From an uncultured Methanosarcinales archaeon (lineage in GTDB: Archaea; Nanobdellota; Nanobdellia; Woesearchaeales; UBA11576): a DNA stretch of 64,000 nt. Within the stretch, counting starts at the first letter, position 1. The number at the start of each line of letters is the position of its first letter. Where the stretch lies: the NCBI GenBank assembly GCA_964406185.1, contig CAYOQS010000004.1:72616-136615 (forward strand). The letters run 5' to 3'. Positions 1 to 7,598 of this stretch are shown piece after piece. The notes under the pieces are model-generated. The model was not told the origin of the DNA. It saw nothing but the letters and a program-made list of their open reading frames with translations, and ran no database searches. Made by a program: the position numbers and the translations under genes.

Positions 1-424
1 CGAGGGTGGCTTCACGTTCGTCGAGCTGCTGCTTAGGCGTGAGCTTTGTAAGCTTCGTGAGTTTCTTTAGCTTCCCGGATTTATTTTCTGCTTCTTTATT
101 TTGAGGCAGCTCCGTATCTGCCTGTGCTGCTTTCTTGGCTTTCGGCTTTTTCTGTTCGGTTGTGTAAGCTGGGGTCTCTTCCATGAGCTCCTTGAGTCGC
201 TGGTCTGTCTTGTCGATAGCTGGTGTATCATCTTTACCTTTCTTGCTGAACAGTCTTGAGAAGAATCCTTTTTTTCTGTCTTCTGTCGTTTGCGGCTTCT
301 CTTCGGGCGTCTCCGATACTGCTGCCTGTTCGGCCTTCTGTGGCTGTTGTGCTGGTTTTTCCGCAGGCTGACCTGTCTTGAGAAGCTTGTCCATCTCTTT
401 TGCCAGTTCGTCAAAGCTCATCAT
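1..424 (-). CDS. Hypothetical Lys/Glu/Pro-rich protein, N-terminal part (gene continues beyond the left window edge)
   Basis: The minus-strand frame opening with ATGATG at 424-419 has no stop down to position 2 (checked triplet by triplet). The product starts MMSFDELAKEMDKLLKTGQPAEKPAQQPQK. The track ORF 67..414 is a different, Arg-rich frame. No family recognised. Confidence 0.45.
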   Translation of the reverse strand, partial: MMSFDELAKEMDKLLKTGQPAEKPAQQPQKAEQAAVSETPEEKPQTTEDRKKGFFSRLFSKKGKDDTPAIDKTDQRLKELMEETPAYTTEQKKPKAKKAAQADTELPQNKEAENKSGKLKKLTKLTKLTPKQQLDEREATL

Positions 425-756
425 CAAACCCCCTTTTTTGTAAGCTGACTGTGGATTATGCGGCGTAGAATGTTTAGGATAGGCTCTTATAGCTTTATCT
501 GGATCCTATCCGCTTACTACCCCCAAATTGGCAATTCCAAAAATCAGAGGCTTTATAAAATTTTAGTACTACTTCAAGATGGAAAGGTTTTTAAGAGTAA
601 GTAGCAGAGCAAGGAACAGAAGGCTTTATCATATGTTCAGGAAGCTTTACGGTAATTATACGGTAATTTTATAAAGAAGCTGTCACCGCTGGAATCTGAG
701 TGCTGTAAGTCATTGTTGAACTCATGTTATCAGAGAAGCTATTGGAGGTATTTAAG

Positions 757-927
757 ATGGAAGAGGTCATTTGCTCATCCTGCAAGAGGAAGATCACGAA
801 CCTTGAAGGTACTACGAAGTTCAAGTGCCCTAAGTGCGGAAAGGCAGAGATAATACGTTGTGGGCACTGCAGGGAGATTGTCACGAAATACACGTGCCCC
901 GAGTGCGGTTTCGAGGGCCCGAACTGA
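757..927 (+). CDS. Small double Zn-ribbon protein (COG2888-like, translation-associated)
   Basis: Four CxxC pairs (CSSC, CPKC, CGHC, CPEC). The ATG at 757 is preceded by GGAGGT at 744-749; the track start at 724 is an alternative. Sits immediately upstream of aEF-1beta, a common archaeal arrangement. Confidence 0.7.
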   Translation: MEEVICSSCKRKITNLEGTTKFKCPKCGKAEIIRCGHCREIVTKYTCPECGFEGPN

Positions 928-945
928 TTTGAGGAAGGTGATCAT

Positions 946-1224
946 ATGGGAAAAGCTGTTGTTACTCTGACTGTAATGCCCGAATCTCCTGAGGTGGATC
1001 TTGAGAAGGTCAAGGAGAAGGTTGAGGCTATCGTCATGGAATTCGCCGGCGAGGGTGACAGGAAGTCAGACATAGAGCCTGTGGCTTTCGGCCTCAAGGC
1101 GCTGAAATACATCTTTGTCATGGAGGAGTCTCTGGGCTCTCCGGACGTGGCTGCTGAGAAGGTACAGGAGCTTGAAGGTGTGCAGAGCTGTGAAGTGACT
1201 GACGTGAGAAGGGCTATCGGATAA
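946..1224 (+). CDS. ef1b: Translation elongation factor aEF-1 beta
   Basis: 92 aa, with the typical aEF-1beta pattern: VVTLTVMPESPEVDLEKVKEKV, PVAFGLKAL and a DVRRAIG end. Confidence 0.9.
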   Translation: MGKAVVTLTVMPESPEVDLEKVKEKVEAIVMEFAGEGDRKSDIEPVAFGLKALKYIFVMEESLGSPDVAAEKVQELEGVQSCEVTDVRRAIG

Positions 1225-1237
1225 TCTCGTCGATAAC

Positions 1238-1255
1238 TTGTTTTTTGTTTTTATT
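1238..1255 (+). terminator. Oligo-T tract downstream of ef1b (archaeal-type termination signal)
   Basis: The sequence TTGTTTTTTGTTTTTATT starts 14 nt after the ef1b stop. Confidence 0.4.
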
Positions 1256-1350
1256 GTTGTATTGCTGCCCGATTTTTGTTCTTCGCTTGATTCTGGTTCT
1301 TCTTTGGCTCGGTCTTCTTGCTTGTCGAGGAATACTGGATAAATGCCTTT

Positions 1351-2565
1351 TCATATCAGGTACATCTCGAAGGCTCTCGGCCATCTTCTCTGGTCGGAAT
1401 ATCTTTCGACTGTCGTGCTGAGTCCCTCGCCGCTGAGGGACTGGCCCCTGCCGCTGAACCTGTTAAAGTCCCTGCAGCCCGCCATAATCCGGACGAGCGG
1501 CGAGTCTGATGCACCCGTGTCGCCGTAGAGCGTGACTGAGTACTCTCCTTTGGGCATCCTCGGGTTCAGGACGTGCGTGGGTTTTCCCATACGCGTCTCA
1601 TGCCTCTTTATCAGGTGCGCGTATATTGTTGTGAGGTGTATCGTGTCCGTCTCTACAGCCCCTTCTCCGAGATTTCTCCTGACCTGTTCGAAATTGTACA
1701 TGTAAGGGATTGTCTGCTCGAGGAACTTCGCAGATCTCCTCATGAAATCGCTGACGCCTTTTAGGGACTTGATAAGTATCTTGTGCTTGAGCTCCACTTT
1801 GGCTGTCAGGAGAGTGTTGTATCCCCTGTTGCCTGCGACAAGACTGATTTCGAAAGAAGGGTTTTCTAGGGGTTCTTCGTCTCCGTCAAGGACAGGCACT
1901 ATCCCTCCGTTAGCTTCTTCGTTTCCGTGTGCATTCTCATCTACCAGGTAGAGGGCATGGTTCTTCCCAAAGAGTTCTGTGGCTATCTGGCGTATCTCTG
2001 CGCCGTCGATAAACTCGAAATGGCCCGGGTCGTGGTTGTATGTCCTTCCTGACCAGAGGAACTGCTTGCGCTTCATCTCCTGCTCTGCTATGATATCCAG
2101 TATGTCTCTTGATTTCCTGCTGGAATTGGAAGTTACGAAGACACCCAGCGCCTGAAAATCCTCTTCACGCAATGTTATCGGGTCGTCAGGATCATCGTCA
2201 TTTATATACTGTTTGAGCCTGTCGTCGATTTCTGCAAGCTCTTGCGTGACCCTTGCGCCGATGCCCGTGGTTACAGCTTTCTCTATGTCTTTGAGCTCTT
2301 CATCATCGAATGACATGAAGCCCTCTAAACTTTCGTCAGGGGAGTTGTATCCTGTTGAGTGTCCTTCTTTTTTCTCTTCAGGTCCTTCAAGAGTATCCTC
2401 TATGAACATCTCGTCAGGATCTTCCTCGTCCATACTGGCAATTTCCCTGTAGAGTGCGTCCTGGTCTTCAGGCGAGAGTATTTCAGATAGGGCCACCTCT
2501 GCGTAATAGTTGCCCTTATCCTTATTGCCTTTGCCCGGCTCGGTCTTGTTCGCGGCGTTTGCCAT
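1351..2565 (-). CDS. Hypothetical protein with an acidic disordered N-terminal third; no family recognised
   Basis: Long ORF with protein-like composition. The ATG at 2565 (MANAANKTEPGKG) is preferred over the GTG at 2583. N-terminal ~150 aa is rich in D/E. Confidence 0.6.
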   Translation of the reverse strand: MANAANKTEPGKGNKDKGNYYAEVALSEILSPEDQDALYREIASMDEEDPDEMFIEDTLEGPEEKKEGHSTGYNSPDESLEGFMSFDDEELKDIEKAVTTGIGARVTQELAEIDDRLKQYINDDDPDDPITLREEDFQALGVFVTSNSSRKSRDILDIIAEQEMKRKQFLWSGRTYNHDPGHFEFIDGAEIRQIATELFGKNHALYLVDENAHGNEEANGGIVPVLDGDEEPLENPSFEISLVAGNRGYNTLLTAKVELKHKILIKSLKGVSDFMRRSAKFLEQTIPYMYNFEQVRRNLGEGAVETDTIHLTTIYAHLIKRHETRMGKPTHVLNPRMPKGEYSVTLYGDTGASDSPLVRIMAGCRDFNRFSGRGQSLSGEGLSTTVERYSDQRRWPRAFEMYLI

Positions 2566-2580
2566 ATGAATATCCCTCAA

Positions 2581-2640
2581 CACATATCAAAACATGTCAA
2601 GACATATCAAGACATCTTAAGACATATCAACACATCGTTT
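2581..2640. repeat. Six phased 10-bp units (consensus GACATATCAA; minus-strand reading TTGATATGTC)
   Basis: cacatatcaa aacatgtcaa gacatatcaa gacatcttaa gacatatcaa cacatcgttt. The array starts 16 nt upstream of the ATG of the 1351-2565 gene. Confidence 0.85.
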
Positions 2641-2812
2641 TCTGATTTTACAGAGCTGGTCTTACAGCACTTGCTTATGGCATTAATAGTGCTGGCACTG
2701 CCCACACAGTTGCCTGTGATCACGACTTTTCAGAATTTCCTCTGCTCCCCCTTGAGGTATACAGGATGCTGTATCACAAAGATTATTTAAAAAAGTTTTG
2801 TTATGACTATGA

Positions 2813-2847
2813 TGTCAGAAGAATACTGGCTGTCAGAAGAATACTGG
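2813..2847. repeat. Direct repeat, 2 x 17 bp (TGTCAGAAGAATACTGG) with 18-bp period
   Basis: Identical copies at 2813-2829 and 2831-2847, just downstream of the stop of the 2865-3809 gene. Confidence 0.85.
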
Positions 2848-2864
2848 TGTAAGTGTTTGAAGAT

Positions 2865-3809
2865 TCAGATCAGCAGGCCTTCTCCTGAAGGTGCATCCTC
2901 TTCAGGGTTTCCTTCTCCCACTACTGCTTTGTCTATCCCTCTTATCTGGAGGTAATGTTCTGCGCAGCCCGGTGTGTCTGACCTGTAGTGCCTGCCGTCA
3001 GGACCTTTGACCTGTGCAGGTATGCAGTTCACGTCCACTACGGGTCGTTGTGTGTTCCTATACCTTTCAAATACCACGTTGGTACCGTGCGCGTCTGCTC
3101 TTGCTATGTTGAAGCGGTACTTTTCATGGTCGAGGAATTCCGTCCTCAATGGGCCTTGTGGGACGTCCGGTGTCCTGAACCCTATTGTCGTCCTGCCTTC
3201 CTCGAACTCGAATGCGATGCGGTAATTCCCTTTGGTCCTGCTGTCGAGGCAGGGTGTCTTGAGATATGCGAGCCGTATTATGTCTGTGTACCTGAGGCCC
3301 TCATCTGCTTTGATATACTTTGCGAATTCCTGTATGAAAAGGGCGGTGCCTGCGAGTGTCTGTTTGAACGCATCTCCGAAGTCAAACTCGACCTTTCCGC
3401 GGGAATGGCCTGCTTGATTTAGCTTGACATCTATGGTGAGGTGGTTGTCTTCAGGTCCTATGTGTTCTGTGCACTGGTCGTTGACCTGGAGGGTGTATGA
3501 GCTGTATTGATAGCAGTGTCCTGCCAGCCTCTGGAGCATGCCTTTTAGTTTGGGTATGTTTATCTTCTGGTCAAGGCTCAGCCTTGCCACCTGCCTTTTC
3601 TCTTTTATGTGCGGCGGCAGGGGTTCTTTCTCATCAGCTCTCCTGTCAAGAGGTTTTATGTTGCCTATATTTCCTACATGGTCTGTCCTGCATTCTTTTG
3701 AGATGTATCTGCCGCTGGGTTTATTTCTCCTGTATGCACTGCTCACCAGGGATTCAAGCATTGCTGCTTGCGCTGTATCTCCAGAATTTGGGGGTCTTTT
3801 CAACACCAT
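2865..3809 (-). CDS. Hypothetical protein, no family recognised
   Basis: 314-aa ORF with normal composition. The overlapping plus-strand ORFs are Cys/Leu/Ser-rich and look spurious. Confidence 0.6.
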   Translation of the reverse strand: MVLKRPPNSGDTAQAAMLESLVSSAYRRNKPSGRYISKECRTDHVGNIGNIKPLDRRADEKEPLPPHIKEKRQVARLSLDQKINIPKLKGMLQRLAGHCYQYSSYTLQVNDQCTEHIGPEDNHLTIDVKLNQAGHSRGKVEFDFGDAFKQTLAGTALFIQEFAKYIKADEGLRYTDIIRLAYLKTPCLDSRTKGNYRIAFEFEEGRTTIGFRTPDVPQGPLRTEFLDHEKYRFNIARADAHGTNVVFERYRNTQRPVVDVNCIPAQVKGPDGRHYRSDTPGCAEHYLQIRGIDKAVVGEGNPEEDAPSGEGLLI

Positions 3810-3944
3810 GTTATCATTCTTCTTTCTGATCAGTCTTCTTTCTATATTGGTGTTGTTAAGCCTTGATGATATTTAAATGTAATTTAGATATCTTTTACAG
3901 AAAAAGTCCTGTTTAAAAAGAACATTTAAAAGTTGATTATAAGT

Positions 3945-3988
3945 CGGCAAGGTGCTGCCCCCCACCCCCGAAAGAGCAGCCCTTGCCG
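3945..3988. other. GC-rich hairpin with a C-rich loop, downstream of cdc6
   Basis: CGGCAAGG-t-GCTGC / GCAGC-CCTTGCCG arms (13 bp) enclose CCCCCACCCCCGAAAGA. It is followed at 3989-4005 by GTCTCCAGAAAGGAG, which contains a CTCC/GGAG dyad. Confidence 0.5.
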
Positions 3989-4109
3989 TGGTCTCCAGAA
4001 AGGAGCCTGAGGTTAGTTGATGGGTTAAACATTATCTGCAGTAGCTGATAATACAGGTCATATGGAGCATAACCATCCTGCACTCATATCTATCATACCA
4101 GCATATTTA

Positions 4110-5303
4110 TCATATCGAGTCTCTTATCACCTTTCTCAGTTTCTTGCGTGTAGCTGCGTCCATCTCAAGTTTTATTGTCCTGCTCTTCTTACGAAGGCTG
4201 CGCAGCCACGTTACCTCGCTTCTTATCAGTCCTATCTCTGAGAAGTTGACGAGGAAGGTCCTGATCCTCCTGACCGAAAGCGGCTGTACGTTCTGCTTCT
4301 CACACTCTTCCTTGTATGCCTTGTACACCCTGCCGCCGTCCATCTCTTTCTTCTTTGACTTGAGCATGGCGAGATAGAGAAGTTTCTGGTGCTTCGTCAG
4401 TGTTGAGACTATGTTGAATATGTTGTCCTTCTCGAGGTTCTTGTCTGCCTCGTCGACGAGGTCGAGGGTGACCTTGCTCTTGTTCTTTGCTATGGCTGTC
4501 TTTGCGCAGCTGTCTATGAGTTCGAGGGCTTTACGCGCATCTCCTCCTCTGGACGCCTCGATCTCTGCTATCTTCTGCACGACCGGGTCGGACACTATGC
4601 CTTTGTTGAATGCCTGCTTGACCCTGTCGTTGAGTATGTCTGTCAGCTCTTCTGCTGTGTATGGCGCGAATATCACCCTGACCCTTCCGAGCGTGCTCTG
4701 CGTCCTTGGCTTGAGGTAGTCCGCGACGCGCACGTCGTTGGATATGAGTATTGTGGAGACTTTTGATTTTGTCTTCTCGTTTATCCTGCTGAGCCTGTAG
4801 ATTATGTCGTCGCCTGACTCCTTGAGCGCGTAGTCGACCTCGTCGAGGACAGCTATTATGTTCGTGTCCAGCTCGTCCGCGACCTTCTTGAATTCTGCCA
4901 GCGCCTTCGCCCTTGTCCAGCCTACACGGGGATATGTCTTGCCAGGGTTTATCTGGCTGAGTATGTCGACGAGTATGGTCGTCTCGGTCCTGTTCTCTGA
5001 GCAGTTGACATAGGCTTTCTTCAGGTTGACCTTGCGTTTCTTAGCTTCGTCGGACAGCTCTTTCATGAGCTCGGTTATCACCGCGGTCTTTCCTGTGCCC
5101 GGGTTGCCGTAAACGAACACGCATGAGACTGCTGAGTTCATGAGTATAGGTGCGAGCTCCATGACGAGCTCGTTCTTCTGCTCTGTCCTGTGGAGAAGGC
5201 CTGTCGGCGGGACAAGTGCGTATAGGACGTCTCTGTTCCTGTATATCGGATTCTGCAGTACTGACGCAAATGTCACCGCTTTCTTAGCCATTATACTATC
5301 CAC
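4110..5303 (-). CDS. cdc6: Orc1/Cdc6 replication initiator (AAA+ with C-terminal winged helix)
   Basis: Walker A YGNPGTGKTA, Walker B VLDEVD, and an N-terminal LVGRE-like region. Length of 397 aa is typical. Confidence 0.93.
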   Translation of the reverse strand: MDSIMAKKAVTFASVLQNPIYRNRDVLYALVPPTGLLHRTEQKNELVMELAPILMNSAVSCVFVYGNPGTGKTAVITELMKELSDEAKKRKVNLKKAYVNCSENRTETTILVDILSQINPGKTYPRVGWTRAKALAEFKKVADELDTNIIAVLDEVDYALKESGDDIIYRLSRINEKTKSKVSTILISNDVRVADYLKPRTQSTLGRVRVIFAPYTAEELTDILNDRVKQAFNKGIVSDPVVQKIAEIEASRGGDARKALELIDSCAKTAIAKNKSKVTLDLVDEADKNLEKDNIFNIVSTLTKHQKLLYLAMLKSKKKEMDGGRVYKAYKEECEKQNVQPLSVRRIRTFLVNFSEIGLIRSEVTWLRSLRKKSRTIKLEMDAATRKKLRKVIRDSI

Positions 5304-5406
5304 CCCTTATTCCCCAGCGATGCTGAGAAAAAAACAAGTAAAGCAATAAAAAGACTATAACAACACTATTTGCTGATATGACACTTCTATTTAAATGTTC
5401 CTTTTT

Positions 5407-5505
5407 TTCCGTTGTTTCCGTTACAACACATTACAACATATTAGCCTGTGTCTCCAAAATCTCTGAAGTCTCCAAAGTCTCCAAAAGTTTCCTGAAGTCT
5501 CCGTC
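5407..5505. repeat. Cluster of short tandem duplications in the cdc6-trm1 spacer
   Basis: TTTCCGTT x2 (5407-5423), ACAACAYATT x2 (5424-5443), and GTCTCC(A)AA x4 (starting at 5451, 5469, 5478, 5498) including CTGAAGTCTCC x2. Confidence 0.8.
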
Positions 5506-5514
5506 CAGATGTTG

Positions 5515-5538
5515 GGTGGGAGGCAGGGGTTGCAGGGA
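5515..5538 (+). other. Canonical G-quadruplex-forming motif
   Basis: GGGtGGGaggcaGGGGttgcaGGG: four G runs of 3 or more with loops of 1, 5 and 5 nt. Confidence 0.6.
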
Positions 5539-5607
5539 GCGTTTGCATCGCTTCCGATTATTACCTGCCCCTTATTCTTATCGATTCTTGCAGAAACAAC
5601 TGTAAGT

Positions 5608-5617
5608 TTTAAATAAG
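5608..5617 (+). promoter_or_regulatory. TATA box for trm1 (a leaderless transcript is likely)
   Basis: TTTTAAATAA is centred about 25 nt upstream of the ATG at 5638. Confidence 0.45.
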
Positions 5618-5637
5618 GCGACGCACCAAAAAAAGCC

Positions 5638-6705
5638 ATGCTAAAGAACATAAATGAAGCAGGTATAAGTATCCTGGCGCCTGTTGAGGAGAAGATATCA
5701 TCCAAGCTCCCTGTATTCTATAATCCTGTGATGAAGCTGAACCGAGACATCAGCGTTCTGCTCCTGAAGGCCATAGAGAAAAAGGATATGCAGGTCTGCG
5801 ACCTGCTTGCAGGGACAGGTATCCGCTCGATCCGTTTCCTTGCGGAGCTTGAAAAAGAAAAGATAAGATCGATTATCATCAATGATTATAATGAAAAATC
5901 AGCTGAGCTGATCAAGAAGAACATCGAAGCGAACCGGAAACTGTTGGGCAAAGATGCTGAGATCAAAATCACAAATCAGGAAGCCTCGACCCTTCTGCTT
6001 CAGTCGACCGGTTTCGACTATATAGACATCGATCCTTTCGGCACACCTAACCCTTTCCTTGACGCTGCTGTGCGGCGCCTTGCCCGCGACGGAATCCTTG
6101 CGGTGACCGCGACGGACACGAGTTCGCTCGCAGGGACTTTTCCGAAGGTCTGCAGGAGGAAGTACTGGGCAGAGCCTGACCGCGGTCCGCTGAAGCATGA
6201 GCTTGGTTTGCGCATCCTCATCCGCAAGTGCCAGCTTGTCGGTGCTCAGTACGAGAAGGCCCTCCTTCCGATATTCTCTTACTCGAAAGACCACTACATG
6301 CGTGTCTTTTTCCGATGCGTCAAGGGCAAGGCAAAGGTTGACAAGGTCATAAAGCAGCACGGTATGTTCGGGGACGCTGGCCCGCTTTGGCAAGGTGTTC
6401 TCTGGGACGCCGATATTGCCGGGAGGATGTACCGGCTCGCTTCAGAGCTGGACTACGGTGTGGATGGCAGGTTCCTGCAGACGATACGTGATGAGAGCAG
6501 GCTTGACGTTGTGGGATTCCACGATATCCATGCCCTGTGCAAGAAGCATAGTATCCAGGTTCCCGAGTTCAAGCTGGTCTTTGATGAGGTCAGGAAGGCA
6601 GGTCATGATATCGCACGCACGCATTTCTCTGCTTTCGGTGTGCGGAGTGATATAGATGAGAGAAAGATGACAGATATATTGAATGTGACAGGCAAAAGCA
6701 CTTAG
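5638..6705 (+). CDS. trm1: tRNA (guanine(26)-N2)-dimethyltransferase Trm1
   Basis: PVFYNPVMKLNRD, LAGTGIRSIRF and DIDPFGTPNPFLDAA are characteristic Trm1 motifs. Confidence 0.9.
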   Translation: MLKNINEAGISILAPVEEKISSKLPVFYNPVMKLNRDISVLLLKAIEKKDMQVCDLLAGTGIRSIRFLAELEKEKIRSIIINDYNEKSAELIKKNIEANRKLLGKDAEIKITNQEASTLLLQSTGFDYIDIDPFGTPNPFLDAAVRRLARDGILAVTATDTSSLAGTFPKVCRRKYWAEPDRGPLKHELGLRILIRKCQLVGAQYEKALLPIFSYSKDHYMRVFFRCVKGKAKVDKVIKQHGMFGDAGPLWQGVLWDADIAGRMYRLASELDYGVDGRFLQTIRDESRLDVVGFHDIHALCKKHSIQVPEFKLVFDEVRKAGHDIARTHFSAFGVRSDIDERKMTDILNVTGKST

Positions 6706-6756
6706 CGTGAACATTAGGTGAGTATAATTCTATGGTGACTGATGTTATAGTGCCGT

Positions 6757-7377
6757 TCAGGTGCCTGGCGCGTTCGGTGTTGCTATGTTCATGAACTGTT
6801 CTTTTATGACTCTCTCTCCGGTGTCTGTGATGTCGAAGAATGTCCTGTTGCTCTTCTTTTTCCTCTCGATGAGGTTCAGCTCTTCGAGTTTCTTTGCGTA
6901 TTTTGATACTGTTCCGCTTCTTGATGATGGCTCTGTGTAGGGGTAGACTTCCTGGGTTAGTGTCTTGAGCGGGACGCGGCTGCCCGTCTCTGACTTTATC
7001 TTTGAGCAGAGCACGAGTATCCTCTGTTCCATCTGGGTGAGGTTGTACTCTACCTGGTATGCTTTGGGCTCCTCTTTCTTGCCGTGCATTATCGCGACGA
7101 TCTTGTCGAACTGCGTTATGAATTCCTTGCCTTTCTGTGTGATGCTTAGGTAGAGCTGTCCTGCTTCTGACTTCTCTGTGGTGATCAGTTCTGCCTTTTC
7201 GAGGTTTGGTATGGTGAACGGGGTCTCAGGCACTGCGAGCCTGTCTTTCATGTCGACATAGCTCATGGTATAACGCTTCTGCTGCGCCTCGTTGTCATAG
7301 AGTATCTTAAGTATGTTGATGCTCGCTCTGTCTTTGAGGAGTGTGTGAAGATGCATGATTGAACAGCCTTCACGCAT
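6757..7377 (-). CDS. Putative transcriptional regulator with two winged-helix (MarR/ArsR-like) domains
   Basis: Two wHTH-like segments: INILKILYDN...LSITQKGKEF and QRILVLCSK...NLIERKKKSNRTFFDITDTGERV. The start may be the ATG at 7356. Confidence 0.55.
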   Translation of the reverse strand: MREGCSIMHLHTLLKDRASINILKILYDNEAQQKRYTMSYVDMKDRLAVPETPFTIPNLEKAELITTEKSEAGQLYLSITQKGKEFITQFDKIVAIMHGKKEEPKAYQVEYNLTQMEQRILVLCSKIKSETGSRVPLKTLTQEVYPYTEPSSRSGTVSKYAKKLEELNLIERKKKSNRTFFDITDTGERVIKEQFMNIATPNAPGT

Positions 7378-7410
7378 GTTTAAAAAATTTTGTATTACTT
7401 TTTAAAGCGT

Positions 7411-7441
7411 GGGGCGGGAGGTCGGGGATCGGGATGGCGGG
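7411..7441 (+). other. G-quadruplex-forming motif with five G runs
   Basis: GGGGcGGGaggtcGGGGatcGGGatggcGGG, in the divergent spacer between the wHTH gene and infB. Confidence 0.6.
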
Positions 7442-7598
7442 ATTTGTAAACACAGGCGCGATGGAGCTTTTGACCCATCCCAAAAAAAAACCTTTAAAAA
7501 CCTCAGACCGGCAGGTTGGATGGTCTGGAATCCTGTTTGATCGTGTGCTTTAGAACAAGATTTAAAAACAGACATCTTTCTCCTTTATCCTGTTGAAG

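Noticed and set aside
67-414. Track ORF of 115 aa on the minus strand (Arg/Lys/Gln-rich).
   Set aside because: It is out of frame with the better candidate. The frame starting at ATG 424 is open to the window edge and gives a more protein-like Lys/Glu/Pro-rich sequence. The 67..414 product has an off-frame-looking composition.
2581-2640. Considered whether the tandem arrays (2581-2640, 9394-9439, 28694-28744, 61973-62032) are CRISPR remnants.
   Set aside because: Units are 10-13 bp and directly abutting, with no spacers. No cas genes are in the window. Two of the arrays are inside or straddle coding sequence.
1351-3809. Orphan gene pair considered as an integrated virus or plasmid remnant.
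   Set aside because: No integrase, tRNA attachment site, capsid or terminase-like motifs, or flanking direct repeats are visible. Composition does not look obviously different from neighbouring genes by eye.
5378-5705. ORFs 5378..5605 (+) and 5421..5705 (-) in the cdc6-trm1 spacer.
   Set aside because: Their sequences are dominated by translation of the short tandem DNA repeats (VSKISEVSKVSKS). One overlaps the trm1 start and its TATA box. The region is better explained as regulatory or origin DNA.
7431-7481. Stem GGGATGG/CCATCCC followed by an A-run, considered as a tRNA or small RNA gene.
   Set aside because: At 51 nt it is too short for a tRNA. It has no D or T-arm motifs (no GTTCRA-like box) and no flanking acceptor structure. 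It is kept only as part of the G-rich spacer observation.
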